From the IMG/VR virus record IMGVR_UViG_3300045988_034541, positions 32,511-96,510 of that record: DNA of 64,000 nucleotides; one strand, written 5' to 3'. The notes under the pieces were generated by a model, which worked only from the letters and a program-made list of their open reading frames with translations, searched no databases and was not told where the DNA came from. Position 1 is the stretch's first letter; each line of letters starts with the position of its first letter. The stretch is from a virus. This document shows positions 29,432 through 38,922 of this stretch, piece after piece. The position numbers were made by a program, and so were the translations under genes.

Positions 29432-30010
29432 ATGAATCGAGAAGAATTAGAAGATTTGAAAATAACCAAGATTAGTGAAGAGGAATATGAACGCCTTAAA
29501 GATTCAGACGAAGGAGAAGCTATGGAAGTGTCAATTGACTCATTAAAAGCTGAACAAGAGAAGCTAAAAGAGTCAGCATCATTACTTGATGAAGCAAAGA
29601 AGGCATTTTCAGCTTATTGGTTCTTACTGTCCCTCTTTATAGGACAGAATCTATGTTTGGGTGTTGTATTGTGTCAAATCTATTCAGCATGGTCTAAAGG
29701 AGAACCCCTCGGATTTATGGTACTATGTGCCATATCAATAATAGTGGCTGCTTCATATTCATGGAATGCAATAAGACCATATCGAGAACGATATAAGAAC
29801 TATAAACAAGTTCGCACTGCTTATAGTCGTCTGGTTGAAGCTAATAGAGCTGTGTTGGAATTACTAGAATATGTAGAATCCAAGCCCAAAGAAGAAAGAG
29901 CTGAAGAAGCCGAAGAGTTAGCAGAGCCAGTAGTTATGGCTGTAGCTGAACTATTCTTTGCTAGAATGGCATATACTAGGGCACTAAAAGAAGGATTAGA
30001 GTTGCAATAA
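29432..30010 (+). CDS. coiled-coil protein with a central TM segment
   Basis: 192 aa with acidic, coiled-coil-like ends and a hydrophobic core. Confidence 0.5.
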   Translation: MNREELEDLKITKISEEEYERLKDSDEGEAMEVSIDSLKAEQEKLKESASLLDEAKKAFSAYWFLLSLFIGQNLCLGVVLCQIYSAWSKGEPLGFMVLCAISIIVAASYSWNAIRPYRERYKNYKQVRTAYSRLVEANRAVLELLEYVESKPKEERAEEAEELAEPVVMAVAELFFARMAYTRALKEGLELQ

Positions 30011-30018
30011 CTCAATAT

Positions 30019-30092
30019 GGTGGCATTAGCTCAATTGGCAGAGCATTAGGTTGTGGTTCTAAGGGTTACGAGTTCAAGTCTCGTATGTCACC
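30019..30092 (+). tRNA. tRNA-His(GTG) with encoded G-1
   Basis: G-1 pairs with C73; anticodon arm ttagg-ttGTGgt-tctaa; T-arm acgag-ttcaagt-ctcgt. Confidence 0.8.
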
Positions 30093-30391
30093 CAATTCTG
30101 CTGTTTAGGTATAAACGTATCATAAATCTTCCTGTTTGGTTTGACTTATTCAGCAGAGTTATATTTTATCTTGAAACGGAATGCCGAGGATGTGGTTAGG
30201 TGAAAATCCTAAAGTGGAATGTAGGGTACGTTGCGTGACGAAGTAATGGGAGTAGGTGCGATGGCAGCTTAATTAATGTTGAGGCCTCGTTAATATATGT
30301 ATAGCTGTACAGCACCGAAGGATTTAGACTGTCCAAAGCAACTGGCGTAATAAAGCATAAAATCCAGTGAAGACGTATGTGTAGGCAGTAT

Positions 30392-30466
30392 GGGGCGGTA
30401 GCGCAGGTGGTCAGTTCGCGCTGGACTGAAAATCCAGAGATAATGGTTCGACTCCATTTCGTCCCA
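30392..30466 (+). tRNA. tRNA-Phe(GAA), enlarged D-loop
   Basis: Acceptor ggggcgg/tcgtccc (two G.U pairs), anticodon arm ctgga-ctGAAaa-tccag, T-arm aatgg-ttcgact-ccatt. Confidence 0.7.
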
Positions 30467-30495
30467 CTTTAATAGATTAAATAATTATTAGTAAG

Positions 30496-31017
30496 ATGGA
30501 CAATAACTTGTATTATATCTTAGGAGGCATCGCCTATGGTATATTTATCCTACAATTCATAATATCATGGGTTGCTGGGGAGTTCGATGTCGACGTAGAC
30601 TTTGATGGTGATGCTGATTTTGATGTCAGTGATGTTGTATCCTTTAAAGGATTTATCCATTTCTTCATGGGATTCGGAGGATGGACATCTATTAAGCAAT
30701 TATTAGGTTATGAAGTAACCTGGATTGATTGGTTAATAGGATTCTTTATAGGTCTTGTGTTTGTATTTATGCTGTATCATTTATATAAGTTCTGTATGAA
30801 ATTGCAGAACCTTCCTAAAGACGAACCGAAGACTAACTTAGTTGGCAGAACTGCTACTATCTATGTACATTTAGGTGAAGGGCGCCATTTGGCATCCGTG
30901 AACATAAGTGGAGCATTGAGAGAAGTAGAAGTTGTATCTCTTAATAAGAAGATATATCCTGTCAATGAGCCAGTAACGATTCGTAAATACGAAGACAATA
31001 AATTATACATAGATTAA
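30496..31017 (+). CDS. NfeD-like membrane protein (partner of SPFH/flotillin)
   Basis: TM N-terminus, acidic DVDVDFDGDADFDVSD segment and a C-terminal beta-rich domain; sits immediately upstream of the flotillin homolog, as in the yuaF-floT arrangement. Confidence 0.55.
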   Translation: MDNNLYYILGGIAYGIFILQFIISWVAGEFDVDVDFDGDADFDVSDVVSFKGFIHFFMGFGGWTSIKQLLGYEVTWIDWLIGFFIGLVFVFMLYHLYKFCMKLQNLPKDEPKTNLVGRTATIYVHLGEGRHLASVNISGALREVEVVSLNKKIYPVNEPVTIRKYEDNKLYID

Positions 31018-31030
31018 TACCAATTTCAAG

Positions 31031-32992
31031 ATGGAAATGACATCATTAATTATCGTTGGTGTAGTTGTACTAGTTGCAATCATCACTATCATTGGGATTC
31101 TATCCCGCTACCGTAAATGTAAATCTGACGAATTGTTGGTAGTTTATGGTAAAACAGGCTCTCACAAAGAGAAAGTTAGCGAACGCGACGCTAAAGGTAA
31201 TCTGGTTGACAGAGAAGTTGAAATTAAAACTGCCAAAGTTTATCATGGTGGTGCAGCTTTTGTATGGCCGATTATACAGGGTTATGAAGTAATGTCAATG
31301 CAGCCGATTCAATTGAATCTTGTATTGAAGAATGCTTTGTCAGCTCAAAATATTCGTGTAACTATCCCTACCACTGTAACTGTTGCTATTAGCCAAGAAC
31401 CGCTGATTATGCAGAATGCTGCTAATCGCTTACTAGGTGCTGATGATGACGTTAAAGAAAGTTTGATTTCAGATATTGTTTATGGTCAGATGAGGCTTGT
31501 TATTGCTTCGATGACTATTGAAGAGCTTAACTCTGACAGAGACAAGTTCCTAGCTCAAGCTAGAGACAATATCAATACAGAATTGAACAAACTTGGTCTT
31601 TATCTGATGAATATCAATATCAGTGACATTCAAGATGCTGCTCAATATATTGATAATCTTGGTAAGAAAGAAGAGACTAAAGCAAGAGCGCAATCACAAG
31701 CTGATATCGCAGAAGAAGAGAAGAAAGGAGCAATCCAGATAGCTCAAACTACGAGAGAGAAGGAGATTGCAATTGCAGCAGCTACTAAGGAGCAAGAAAC
31801 TATAGTGGCTGAAACTAACAGGGAGAAAGAAGTTGCTATTGCTAAGACCACTAAAGAGAAAGAAACTCAATTGGCCGAGCAGCATAAGGAGCAGCAAATT
31901 GCTGTTGCAGAGCAAAGAAAGGAACGTGAAATTGGTGTGGCTACAGCCCAAACTGAAGAAGCATCCAAAGTTGCCGAGCAAGAAGCATTAAGAGCTGCTA
32001 AGATTGCAGAGCAGCAAGCTTATGCAACTGCTAAAGAAGCAGAATTTACTGCCAAAGCTGAAGCCGCTAAGGCAGAAGCAGAAGCAGAGAAGGAAGTTCG
32101 TATGGCAGTAGCAGCACAAAACCAAGAAGCTGAAACTGTTAAAGCACAACAGGAAAAGGAAGCTAAAACTGCACAGTATGAATCAGAAGCCCGTCAAAAG
32201 GCAGCTGAAGCAGAGAAAGCAGCAGGAGTAGCTGAACAGAAAGCTACTATTGAAGTTTCCAAAGCTAAGGGAGAAGCAGAGAAAGCTAAAGCTGAAGCAG
32301 AAAGAGTAGCTGGTACTTCTAAAGTTGAAGCTCAAATGGCAGTTGCTAAAACAGAGCAAGAACGTCAGGTGGAAGTTAACGAAGCTAAAGCTAAAGCTGA
32401 AGAAGCTAAGCTTAAAGCTGAAGTAATTATACCTGCCGAGAAAGCCAAAGAGAAAGCTAAAATTGAAGCAGAAGCTGTTAAGAGTGTAGCCATTCTTGAA
32501 GCAGAAGCGGAAGCAGCTAAAATCTTGAAAGCAGCAGAAGCTAAAGCAAATGCTACTAAGATGCAACTGGAAGCAGAAGCTGAAGGTACCAAGAAGAAAC
32601 TTCTTGCTGAAGCTGAAGGTAAGAAAGCATCTTTAATGGCAGAAGCTGAACAGAAACAGGCAATGGAAATGGCTCCGGCTCTTGCAGTTGAACATATGAT
32701 TAAATCAGGTATGCATCCTGAAGCAATCGTTCAATATGCAATGACCGACAGGTGGAAAGAAGTTGCTGAAGCCAACGCTAAGGTGTTTGAACATATCCAG
32801 CTTGGTAATGTTACTGTGTATGGTGACTCCAATACTGCTGGGCAGTTCATGGCTAATATGGCTAAGAATCTTGCTCCTAGCTTGGAAATTGCTCGCAATT
32901 TGCCCATTGCAGATTCGCTTAAGCAAATAATCACTGGCAAGAAGCCGGAAGAATCACCAGCTAAAGGTGATGAATTTCCTCCTGTAAAGTAA
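31031..32992 (+). CDS. flotillin-like SPFH (band-7) domain protein
   Basis: N-terminal TM helix, then a band-7/SPFH core, then a roughly 300-aa Ala/Glu/Lys-rich EA-repeat coiled coil, then a conserved C-terminus; this is the flotillin (FloT/YuaG-like) architecture. Confidence 0.75.
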   Translation: MEMTSLIIVGVVVLVAIITIIGILSRYRKCKSDELLVVYGKTGSHKEKVSERDAKGNLVDREVEIKTAKVYHGGAAFVWPIIQGYEVMSMQPIQLNLVLKNALSAQNIRVTIPTTVTVAISQEPLIMQNAANRLLGADDDVKESLISDIVYGQMRLVIASMTIEELNSDRDKFLAQARDNINTELNKLGLYLMNINISDIQDAAQYIDNLGKKEETKARAQSQADIAEEEKKGAIQIAQTTREKEIAIAAATKEQETIVAETNREKEVAIAKTTKEKETQLAEQHKEQQIAVAEQRKEREIGVATAQTEEASKVAEQEALRAAKIAEQQAYATAKEAEFTAKAEAAKAEAEAEKEVRMAVAAQNQEAETVKAQQEKEAKTAQYESEARQKAAEAEKAAGVAEQKATIEVSKAKGEAEKAKAEAERVAGTSKVEAQMAVAKTEQERQVEVNEAKAKAEEAKLKAEVIIPAEKAKEKAKIEAEAVKSVAILEAEAEAAKILKAAEAKANATKMQLEAEAEGTKKKLLAEAEGKKASLMAEAEQKQAMEMAPALAVEHMIKSGMHPEAIVQYAMTDRWKEVAEANAKVFEHIQLGNVTVYGDSNTAGQFMANMAKNLAPSLEIARNLPIADSLKQIITGKKPEESPAKGDEFPPVK

Positions 32993-33079
32993 TCCTTTTA
33001 CAGTGAATTTCTAAGAAGACTTACAGCACTAAGGTAATCATAAGCGATTGATATAGCATAAATAAGTCTTCTGTGGATT

Positions 33080-33167
33080 GGAGAGTTGGGTGAGTGGCTT
33101 AAACCAGTCCCCTGCTAAGGGACCGAACCTCAAAAGGGTTCCGCTGGTTCGAATCCAGCACTCTCCG
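33080..33167 (+). tRNA. tRNA-Ser(GCT), type II
   Basis: Acceptor ggagagt/actctcc, anticodon arm gtccc-ctGCTaa-gggac, long variable arm, T-arm gctgg-ttcgaat-ccagc. Confidence 0.85.
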
Positions 33168-33219
33168 CGCTGGCTAATAAGAGTTTGCGAAAATCATTAT
33201 TAACCTAATTATTAGAATT

Positions 33220-33507
33220 ATGGTGAAGGTATTAAATTCAAGAGAATTGAGGAGTATAGATTTAAAATCTATTCCTGATGCAGTTATCTTAGCTTTTAAT
33301 ACTTTAATAGTTAAGAACTGGAGTGGTAAAGCTTCTGAATTTAAGCAATCAGATGTAATAGCCTATGTAGCATCTGAAGGTTTAACCGAAGAAGAGGTAA
33401 TTAAGAACCATTGGTTAGATGTAGAACCTCTATATCGAGAGAATGGTTTTGATGTGAAGTATGTAAGATGTCCAGAAGGTAACAAGTTTGTATTCTGGAA
33501 GGCTTAA
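33220..33507 (+). CDS. hypothetical protein
   Basis: 95-aa ORF. Confidence 0.45.
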   Translation: MVKVLNSRELRSIDLKSIPDAVILAFNTLIVKNWSGKASEFKQSDVIAYVASEGLTEEEVIKNHWLDVEPLYRENGFDVKYVRCPEGNKFVFWKA

Positions 33508-33515
33508 TAAGGTAT

Positions 33516-33588
33516 ACTGGATTCGACTAGTGGTTTAGGTCGACGCACTTTCGATGCGTAAACAGGGGTTCGAATCCCCTATCCAGTG
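33516..33588 (+). tRNA. tRNA-Glu(TTC)
   Basis: Acceptor actggat/atccagt, anticodon arm acgca-ctTTCga-tgcgt, T-arm agggg-ttcgaat-cccct. Confidence 0.85.
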
Positions 33589-33617
33589 CATTAGTAATGA
33601 ATTAATAATTACAGCTT

Positions 33618-34511
33618 ATGAAAGAATGTAACAAAGTATTCTTTGGCGAGAAGGGATTAACCCAAACTTCTGCCAATCACCTGGCTAATATAGCTAAGGA
33701 GACAGTGGAATCTAATAGACAAGCTTTAGATTCTGTAGGGTTTGTGAATGTCAATATTAGCTTGTTAAGTGGAGGTAACTCCAGGACTGTAAAGACAGGT
33801 AGAAATGAGGCATATCTTGATAATGTACCTACATTACTTCAAGAAGTTGCTAATATGAATGCCTTCTGCGCATGGATTCGTGAAGCTATTAAGGCTAGAG
33901 AAGAAGAACTTGAAATTATTAACAGGTACACTTGGGATGTATATGCTACAGATGTAGCTGGATTCAAGTTGGACACCCCGATTAAGGGTCATATCCTTAC
34001 CGAAGAGGAAGCAATTGCTTCATTGAGCATTGCAGAACGTATGGAATATTACAGACTAGAAGCAGAAGCATCTGCTATTGGTAAGTATATTCATCCAATG
34101 CGTCCGTTTGCAAACGCCCGTAGAGCTTTAATGGATGCCTATACTAATCCTACTAAGGTTGAAGGTTCTGGCACTGACACAATCGTGTACTCGTATGACC
34201 CGTCTGTTAGTAGTGATAAGGTAGAGAATACATTCTTTGCATTACAGCAGAAACACAGAGACATATCAGCTAGACTTAATAAGATTAAGTTCAAGATTGA
34301 TAAAATGGTAAAGGATTCTGAATATGAAGTCAATCAGGCTTATAAACAAGCTGTTGATAGATTCAATTTGGATGCCAAAACCCTGTCTCAACAATGTGAA
34401 ACTTGGAAAGTTGAAGAACGTAAGAAACTATTGGAACTTAAGATAGTAATTCCTAATGAGTTACAAGCAACTTATGAGTTACTAACTAAGATTTCCAATC
34501 CAGATAAATAG
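33618..34511 (+). CDS. hypothetical protein
   Basis: 297-aa ORF. Confidence 0.5.
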   Translation: MKECNKVFFGEKGLTQTSANHLANIAKETVESNRQALDSVGFVNVNISLLSGGNSRTVKTGRNEAYLDNVPTLLQEVANMNAFCAWIREAIKAREEELEIINRYTWDVYATDVAGFKLDTPIKGHILTEEEAIASLSIAERMEYYRLEAEASAIGKYIHPMRPFANARRALMDAYTNPTKVEGSGTDTIVYSYDPSVSSDKVENTFFALQQKHRDISARLNKIKFKIDKMVKDSEYEVNQAYKQAVDRFNLDAKTLSQQCETWKVEERKKLLELKIVIPNELQATYELLTKISNPDK

Positions 34512-34794
34512 GTGCTATAGTCTTGAATCTCATTGGATTCTAACATAGCTTTGCGTGAGTAGTATGAATTGCATCAAAGACTCTAGTCGATGCATTGTCG
34601 ACAAATTAATCGTGTTCTGTATTCCATACAGGGACGATTTCCAGCATAATTAAGTATTATTAATTCAAACCCTGTCAGTCTATTGCGAAGTTACAAAATT
34701 CCTTTGACTTTGCCCTAGATAGCAATAGGCTGGTCTTTGGCTTTAATCTTAATTTTGTCATAGTTGCAATTAACTACTCACGACTATTTAACAC

Positions 34795-34867
34795 GCAGCT
34801 ATCTACTAACTGGTTAGGTAATATGCCTCTCAAGCATAAAATACGGGTTCGAGTCCCGTTAGCTGTA
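34795..34867 (+). tRNA. tRNA-Glu(CTC)
   Basis: Acceptor gcagcta/tagctgt (G.U at the first pair), anticodon arm tatgc-ctCTCaa-gcata, T-arm acggg-ttcgagt-cccgt. Confidence 0.7.
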
Positions 34868-35171
34868 CCTCGTACATAATCCTTCCAATCAGGTAACTGG
34901 TTAGGCAATAATAATCATGTACACTCTAAGGCGACGTAAGGGATAGGAGCTTAGACGGTAGCTAGCACTGTAGTACGCAATGGTGGGATAGAAACGGCTA
35001 GCACCCACTTTTATGAATTGCCATGTCCCATTTGGCACATCTGGATAGTAATTGTGGGTTGGACACACGATTACAGTAAGAGAATGACTCAGCTAGCGGG
35101 AAGGGACAATATCTGAATAACTGATTGCCAGTCCAAGCATAGGTTTTGAGGGTAGGTTAAGCAAGCTTCAT

Positions 35172-35245
35172 GGTGCATTCGTTCAGTGGTCTAGGACGCC
35201 ACCCTGTCACGGTGGATATCACGAGTTCGAATCTCGTATGCACCG
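35172..35245 (+). tRNA. tRNA-Asp(GTC)
   Basis: ggtgcat tc gttc-agtggtcta-ggac g ccacc-ctGTCac-ggtgg atatc acgag-ttcgaat-ctcgt atgcacc g. Confidence 0.85.
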
Positions 35246-35303
35246 CTTTCTTTGATTTACGAAGGAGATGTCAGCACACTTGGTAACATCGTCTCCTGTT
35301 TAT

Positions 35304-35386
35304 GCCGACTTCGCATAGTGGTTGATTGCACGTGACTTGTAATCACGAGAGGAAACTCCACGTCAGTTCGAATCTGACAGTCGGCT
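35304..35386 (+). tRNA. tRNA with anticodon TGT (Thr) but a 14-nt variable arm (atypical)
   Basis: Acceptor gccgact/agtcggc, anticodon arm cgtga-ctTGTaa-tcacg, variable arm agaggaaactccac, T-arm gtcag-ttcgaat-ctgac. Confidence 0.55.
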
Positions 35387-35473
35387 CGATTGTAATCCTA
35401 GATGATTACAGTTAGATTATAAATTACCACACAGAGATGCTTATTGAATTTAACATGTTAAATGTAAGTGTAA

Positions 35474-35854
35474 ATGAGCAGTTTTAAAGAGAAATTAAGT
35501 AAGAGTGGACAAAGTGTACTTGATGCAAGAGCGCAGAATCTGTATGAATTGGCTAAAATCGAGGAAGACAGATTTGTTCAGGATTGTAAATTGAAAGTAC
35601 TCCGCATTCAGGGAGAAATCAACAAACACAATGACCTGGCTGTTAAATCAAGAGACTCTTTGAATCCGGGAGAAGGACTGAATCCGGCTGAATGGGTAAG
35701 AACAAGACATGAATTGGCACGTAAACTACGTGTTGCAAAGATTGAACTTGCTCTGGCTATGCAAGTCGATGCAGAAGAATTTCCCGCTGATGCATCAGAA
35801 TCCATTAATTTGGATGACGTGAAAGATGACGCTGCTGCAACTGTAAATGAATAA
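35474..35854 (+). CDS. hypothetical coiled-coil protein
   Basis: 126-aa ORF. Confidence 0.5.
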   Translation: MSSFKEKLSKSGQSVLDARAQNLYELAKIEEDRFVQDCKLKVLRIQGEINKHNDLAVKSRDSLNPGEGLNPAEWVRTRHELARKLRVAKIELALAMQVDAEEFPADASESINLDDVKDDAAATVNE

Positions 35855-35857
35855 TTT

Positions 35858-36790
35858 ATGGGAGCAGGTAGTTATTCTAGAATTGCTTATGATGTAGAGG
35901 CCGGCAGTAGGGGTTTATATACCTCCACTAGGGATGAACTCTTTAAGAGCCATGCCATTAATGCATGTAATACTGCTGCATCGCTTAACAACAATGTTAG
36001 GCAGTATAACACGCAGATAAGGCAAGAAATGGTTAACGTGGGTGTTCGTGAATCTCGTGATTCTAAAGAACATCCTTTCTCTACTCCGATAATCATTGCG
36101 CTAGACGTTACTGGTTCAATGATGGACACACCTTATGAAATGATTAGAGACCAATTCCCTAAGATTATGGACTCTCTCATTCAACTAGGTGTGCGTGACC
36201 CACAAATCATGTTTATGGCAGTTGGGGACCACGTTTATGACCGATATCCAATTCAAATTGGTCAGTTTGAGTCTGATACAGCTAAAATCCTTGACACTTT
36301 ACAGTCATTCGTGATTGAAGGTGGAGGAGGAGGTAATAGAGGTGAAAGCTATCTACTATCTCACATCGTAGCGGGTTATCATACTGAAACTGATTCCTGG
36401 TTTGAAAGACACACTAAGGGATTCTTATTTACTATTGGAGATGAACCAAATCTCGATAAGGTAGAGGGATGTTACTTGGAACGTGTTCTAGGGTATCAAA
36501 AAGGTGCTAAAACCATTACTTGTCAAGAAGCTCTTGACAAAGCAAAGGAACAGTACCATGTATTCCACATTCACATTACTAATGCCAGTCATGGCTCAAG
36601 GGTTGCTGAATCTTGGAAGACTTTACTTGGACAGAATGTATTGACATGTACATCTGGAGAAGTAGACAAGGTGATTGTCACCGCAATTAAAGAGAACTAT
36701 GAGGAGCCTGTTGAAGGCTTAGCTCCTAGTGCTTCTGTTAGTCAGGAATGGCAAGATGTGCCGTCTGATAGTAATGACAAATTTTATTAA
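35858..36790 (+). CDS. von Willebrand factor A (vWA) domain protein
   Basis: The MIDAS-like DxSxS motif IIALDVTGSMMD sits in an alpha/beta context. Confidence 0.6.
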   Translation: MGAGSYSRIAYDVEAGSRGLYTSTRDELFKSHAINACNTAASLNNNVRQYNTQIRQEMVNVGVRESRDSKEHPFSTPIIIALDVTGSMMDTPYEMIRDQFPKIMDSLIQLGVRDPQIMFMAVGDHVYDRYPIQIGQFESDTAKILDTLQSFVIEGGGGGNRGESYLLSHIVAGYHTETDSWFERHTKGFLFTIGDEPNLDKVEGCYLERVLGYQKGAKTITCQEALDKAKEQYHVFHIHITNASHGSRVAESWKTLLGQNVLTCTSGEVDKVIVTAIKENYEEPVEGLAPSASVSQEWQDVPSDSNDKFY

Positions 36791-36824
36791 ACTGAAATGA
36801 TTAGTATTGTATTAGGAACAGTAC

Positions 36825-37574
36825 ATGGGTAAGAAATTGACCGAGGAGGAAGTAATATCTAGGTTTAGAGATGTTCATGGAGACAAATACGACTATAGTA
36901 AAGTCGTCTATGTAGATATGAACTCTAAAGTAACCATTATATGTCCGGAGCATGGAGAGTTTGAACAAACTCCCGCCAAACATATTAATAGGAAGCATGG
37001 ATGCCCTAAATGCAAGGGTACTAAACTAAGAAACCACTTCTCTTCTACTACCGAAGAATTTGTAAGGAAGGCTGTTAGCAAACATGGCGACAGATATAAC
37101 TACTCTAAAGTAGAGTATGTTAATTCTAGAACTAAGGTTTGTATCATGTGCAAAAAGCACGGGGAATTTTACGTAACTCCAGATAACCATCTGAAAGGAC
37201 GTGGATGTCCTAGATGCAAACAGTCTCGTGGAGAGAACATGATTGAAGCATGGTTACAACGAAGTAATATTCGTTATGAACGACAATTCGTATTGATTAA
37301 CCAGGAGATAGACAGGCCCTCACATAGATTAGTTATTAATTTCTTTGTAAAGCATAAAGGACGTCAGTATTTCATAGAGTACGATGGGGAACAGCACTTC
37401 AGCCCAACCTATAGATTCTATGATAGCATGGCTGATTTCCAAATGCAACAACACAGGGACCAGCTACTTAATGATTTCTGTGATAGACATAAGGATGCAG
37501 TTACCTTGATAAGGGTGAATTGTAGACAATGTGAAGCAGAGATAACTCATACATTAAGTAGCACAATAGCATAA
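36825..37574 (+). CDS. putative homing-endonuclease-like protein (tandem zinc ribbons plus C-terminal endonuclease-like domain)
   Basis: Two repeats of KYDYSKV.YV...CP.HGEF...GCP.CK, and a C-terminal FIEYDGEQH motif. Confidence 0.4.
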   Translation: MGKKLTEEEVISRFRDVHGDKYDYSKVVYVDMNSKVTIICPEHGEFEQTPAKHINRKHGCPKCKGTKLRNHFSSTTEEFVRKAVSKHGDRYNYSKVEYVNSRTKVCIMCKKHGEFYVTPDNHLKGRGCPRCKQSRGENMIEAWLQRSNIRYERQFVLINQEIDRPSHRLVINFFVKHKGRQYFIEYDGEQHFSPTYRFYDSMADFQMQQHRDQLLNDFCDRHKDAVTLIRVNCRQCEAEITHTLSSTIA

Positions 37575-37578
37575 TTTT

Positions 37579-38646
37579 ATGATAAATATAGTTTTAGGTA
37601 GTTTCTTCGGCGATTGCGGTAAGGGACAGACAGTTCACAACTTATGTAACAAGTACATAGGTAAGCGAGAGTCTGTGTTAGTAGTCAGGTTTAGTGGTGG
37701 ACATCAAGTAGGACATACTGTAAAGCATGGAGACATGATGCACACCTTTAGTAACTTTGGCAGCGGAACCTTACTTGGAGTGCCGACGTACTGGTCCGAA
37801 TACTGTACTGTAGACCCAATTACCTCTATGTTGGAGGGTGCAGACTTAGCTAAAATGGGAGTTCATCCCATTGTTCAGTATCACCCTCACTGCCAAGTTG
37901 TAATTCCCTTCGATGTCTATTCCCAAGTTAATAACGAAGAGAACTTACGACATGGTACTGTAGGTACAGGGTTTAAAGCTTGTTTGGACCGAGTTAAGGC
38001 AGGATACAGCTTAACAGTTGTAGATTGTATGAATCCTTACATACTGCGTGAGAAACTAAATGCCATAGTGGATAACTATTACAACATGTCTAGTAAATAT
38101 CCTTCGATAGACCTAGACAACTGGTGTAGGTTAGCACATGCTTATTTCTTACATACAGGTACGGTTAATGAAGATTGCTTGTTGAATTATGATAACCTAG
38201 TGTTTGAAGGTTCACAGGGAATATTGCTTGACCAAAGATTCGGCATAATGCCTTATTGTACTCCGTCTAATACAACTTCACAAAACGCTTACGAGCTGTT
38301 GCGGAAAGTAGGTATACGTAAAGAAATCCAAACTTGTTATGTAACTCGTCCTTATATAACAAGGCATGGTAACGGCCCGTTTCCTTCTGGAATGTCTGTT
38401 AGGGATGTCGATGACCCTAATAATAAGTTCAACGATTTCCAGAAGACGCTTAGGGCTATTGATTTCGACAAAGACCTATTCGCACACAGTGTACGCATTA
38501 ACCGTTCATTTAAGGTTCCTTATAGGAATGAACGAACGGAGAAATTGTACGTATCACATTGGGATGAAGCATCTGACGCAGAGCGAGAAATGCTAGCAAA
38601 TTTATGGATGTCGATACAGCCCATGATATTCGATAAGTTAGTTTAG
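37579..38646 (+). CDS. adenylosuccinate synthetase family protein, short form (PurZ-like candidate)
   Basis: Motifs GDCGKGQ (compare PurA GDEGKGK), GGHQVGHTV (GGHNAGHT), GTVGTGF (IGTTGRGIGP), FEGSQGILLD...TPSNTT (FEGAQGTLLD...TSSNTT) and GNGPFP. At 355 aa it is shorter than the cellular PurA (about 430 aa). Confidence 0.7.
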   Translation: MINIVLGSFFGDCGKGQTVHNLCNKYIGKRESVLVVRFSGGHQVGHTVKHGDMMHTFSNFGSGTLLGVPTYWSEYCTVDPITSMLEGADLAKMGVHPIVQYHPHCQVVIPFDVYSQVNNEENLRHGTVGTGFKACLDRVKAGYSLTVVDCMNPYILREKLNAIVDNYYNMSSKYPSIDLDNWCRLAHAYFLHTGTVNEDCLLNYDNLVFEGSQGILLDQRFGIMPYCTPSNTTSQNAYELLRKVGIRKEIQTCYVTRPYITRHGNGPFPSGMSVRDVDDPNNKFNDFQKTLRAIDFDKDLFAHSVRINRSFKVPYRNERTEKLYVSHWDEASDAEREMLANLWMSIQPMIFDKLV

Positions 38647-38667
38647 GAGTCTTCGGACTCCTTTTAC

Positions 38668-38738
38668 TGGGCTATGGTGTAGTGGTAGTCACACAAGGTT
38701 TTGGCTCTTGTAGCCCAGGTTCGAATCCTGGTAGCCCA
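38668..38738 (+). tRNA. tRNA-Gln(TTG)
   Basis: Acceptor tgggcta/tagccca, anticodon arm caagg-ttTTGgc-tcttg, T-arm ccagg-ttcgaat-cctgg. Confidence 0.8.
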
Positions 38739-38836
38739 ACTACTAATTATTTCAGTTTAAAATAGAATTTATCATGAAGTCACTAACAACACTTACTCTT
38801 TGAGAACTGTTAATTGTGAGTAAACATGGGCGTTCG

Positions 38837-38910
38837 GGGCCCGTATCTCAATCGGTTAGAGAAACTGACTCATAATCAGGAGGTTGTCGGTTCAAGTCCG
38901 GCCGGGCCCA
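38837..38910 (+). tRNA. tRNA(CAT), elongator Met or Ile-lysidine type
   Basis: Acceptor gggcccg/cgggccc, D-stem tctc/gaga, anticodon loop ctCATaa, T-arm gtcgg-ttcaagt-ccggc. Confidence 0.8.
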
Positions 38911-38922
38911 CACAGTTAATAG

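Noticed and set aside
31694-32940. Minus-strand ORFs antisense to the flotillin gene (31694-31981, 32183-32566, 32365-32592, 32705-32940)
   Set aside because: These are shadow ORFs produced by the GCA/GAA-rich coiled-coil coding repeats on the plus strand.
34878-34900. Extra tRNA suggested by ggtaactggttagg (a D-arm-like sequence)
   Set aside because: There is no matching acceptor or T-arm. It appears to be a partial duplicate of the neighbouring tRNA-Glu D-arm.
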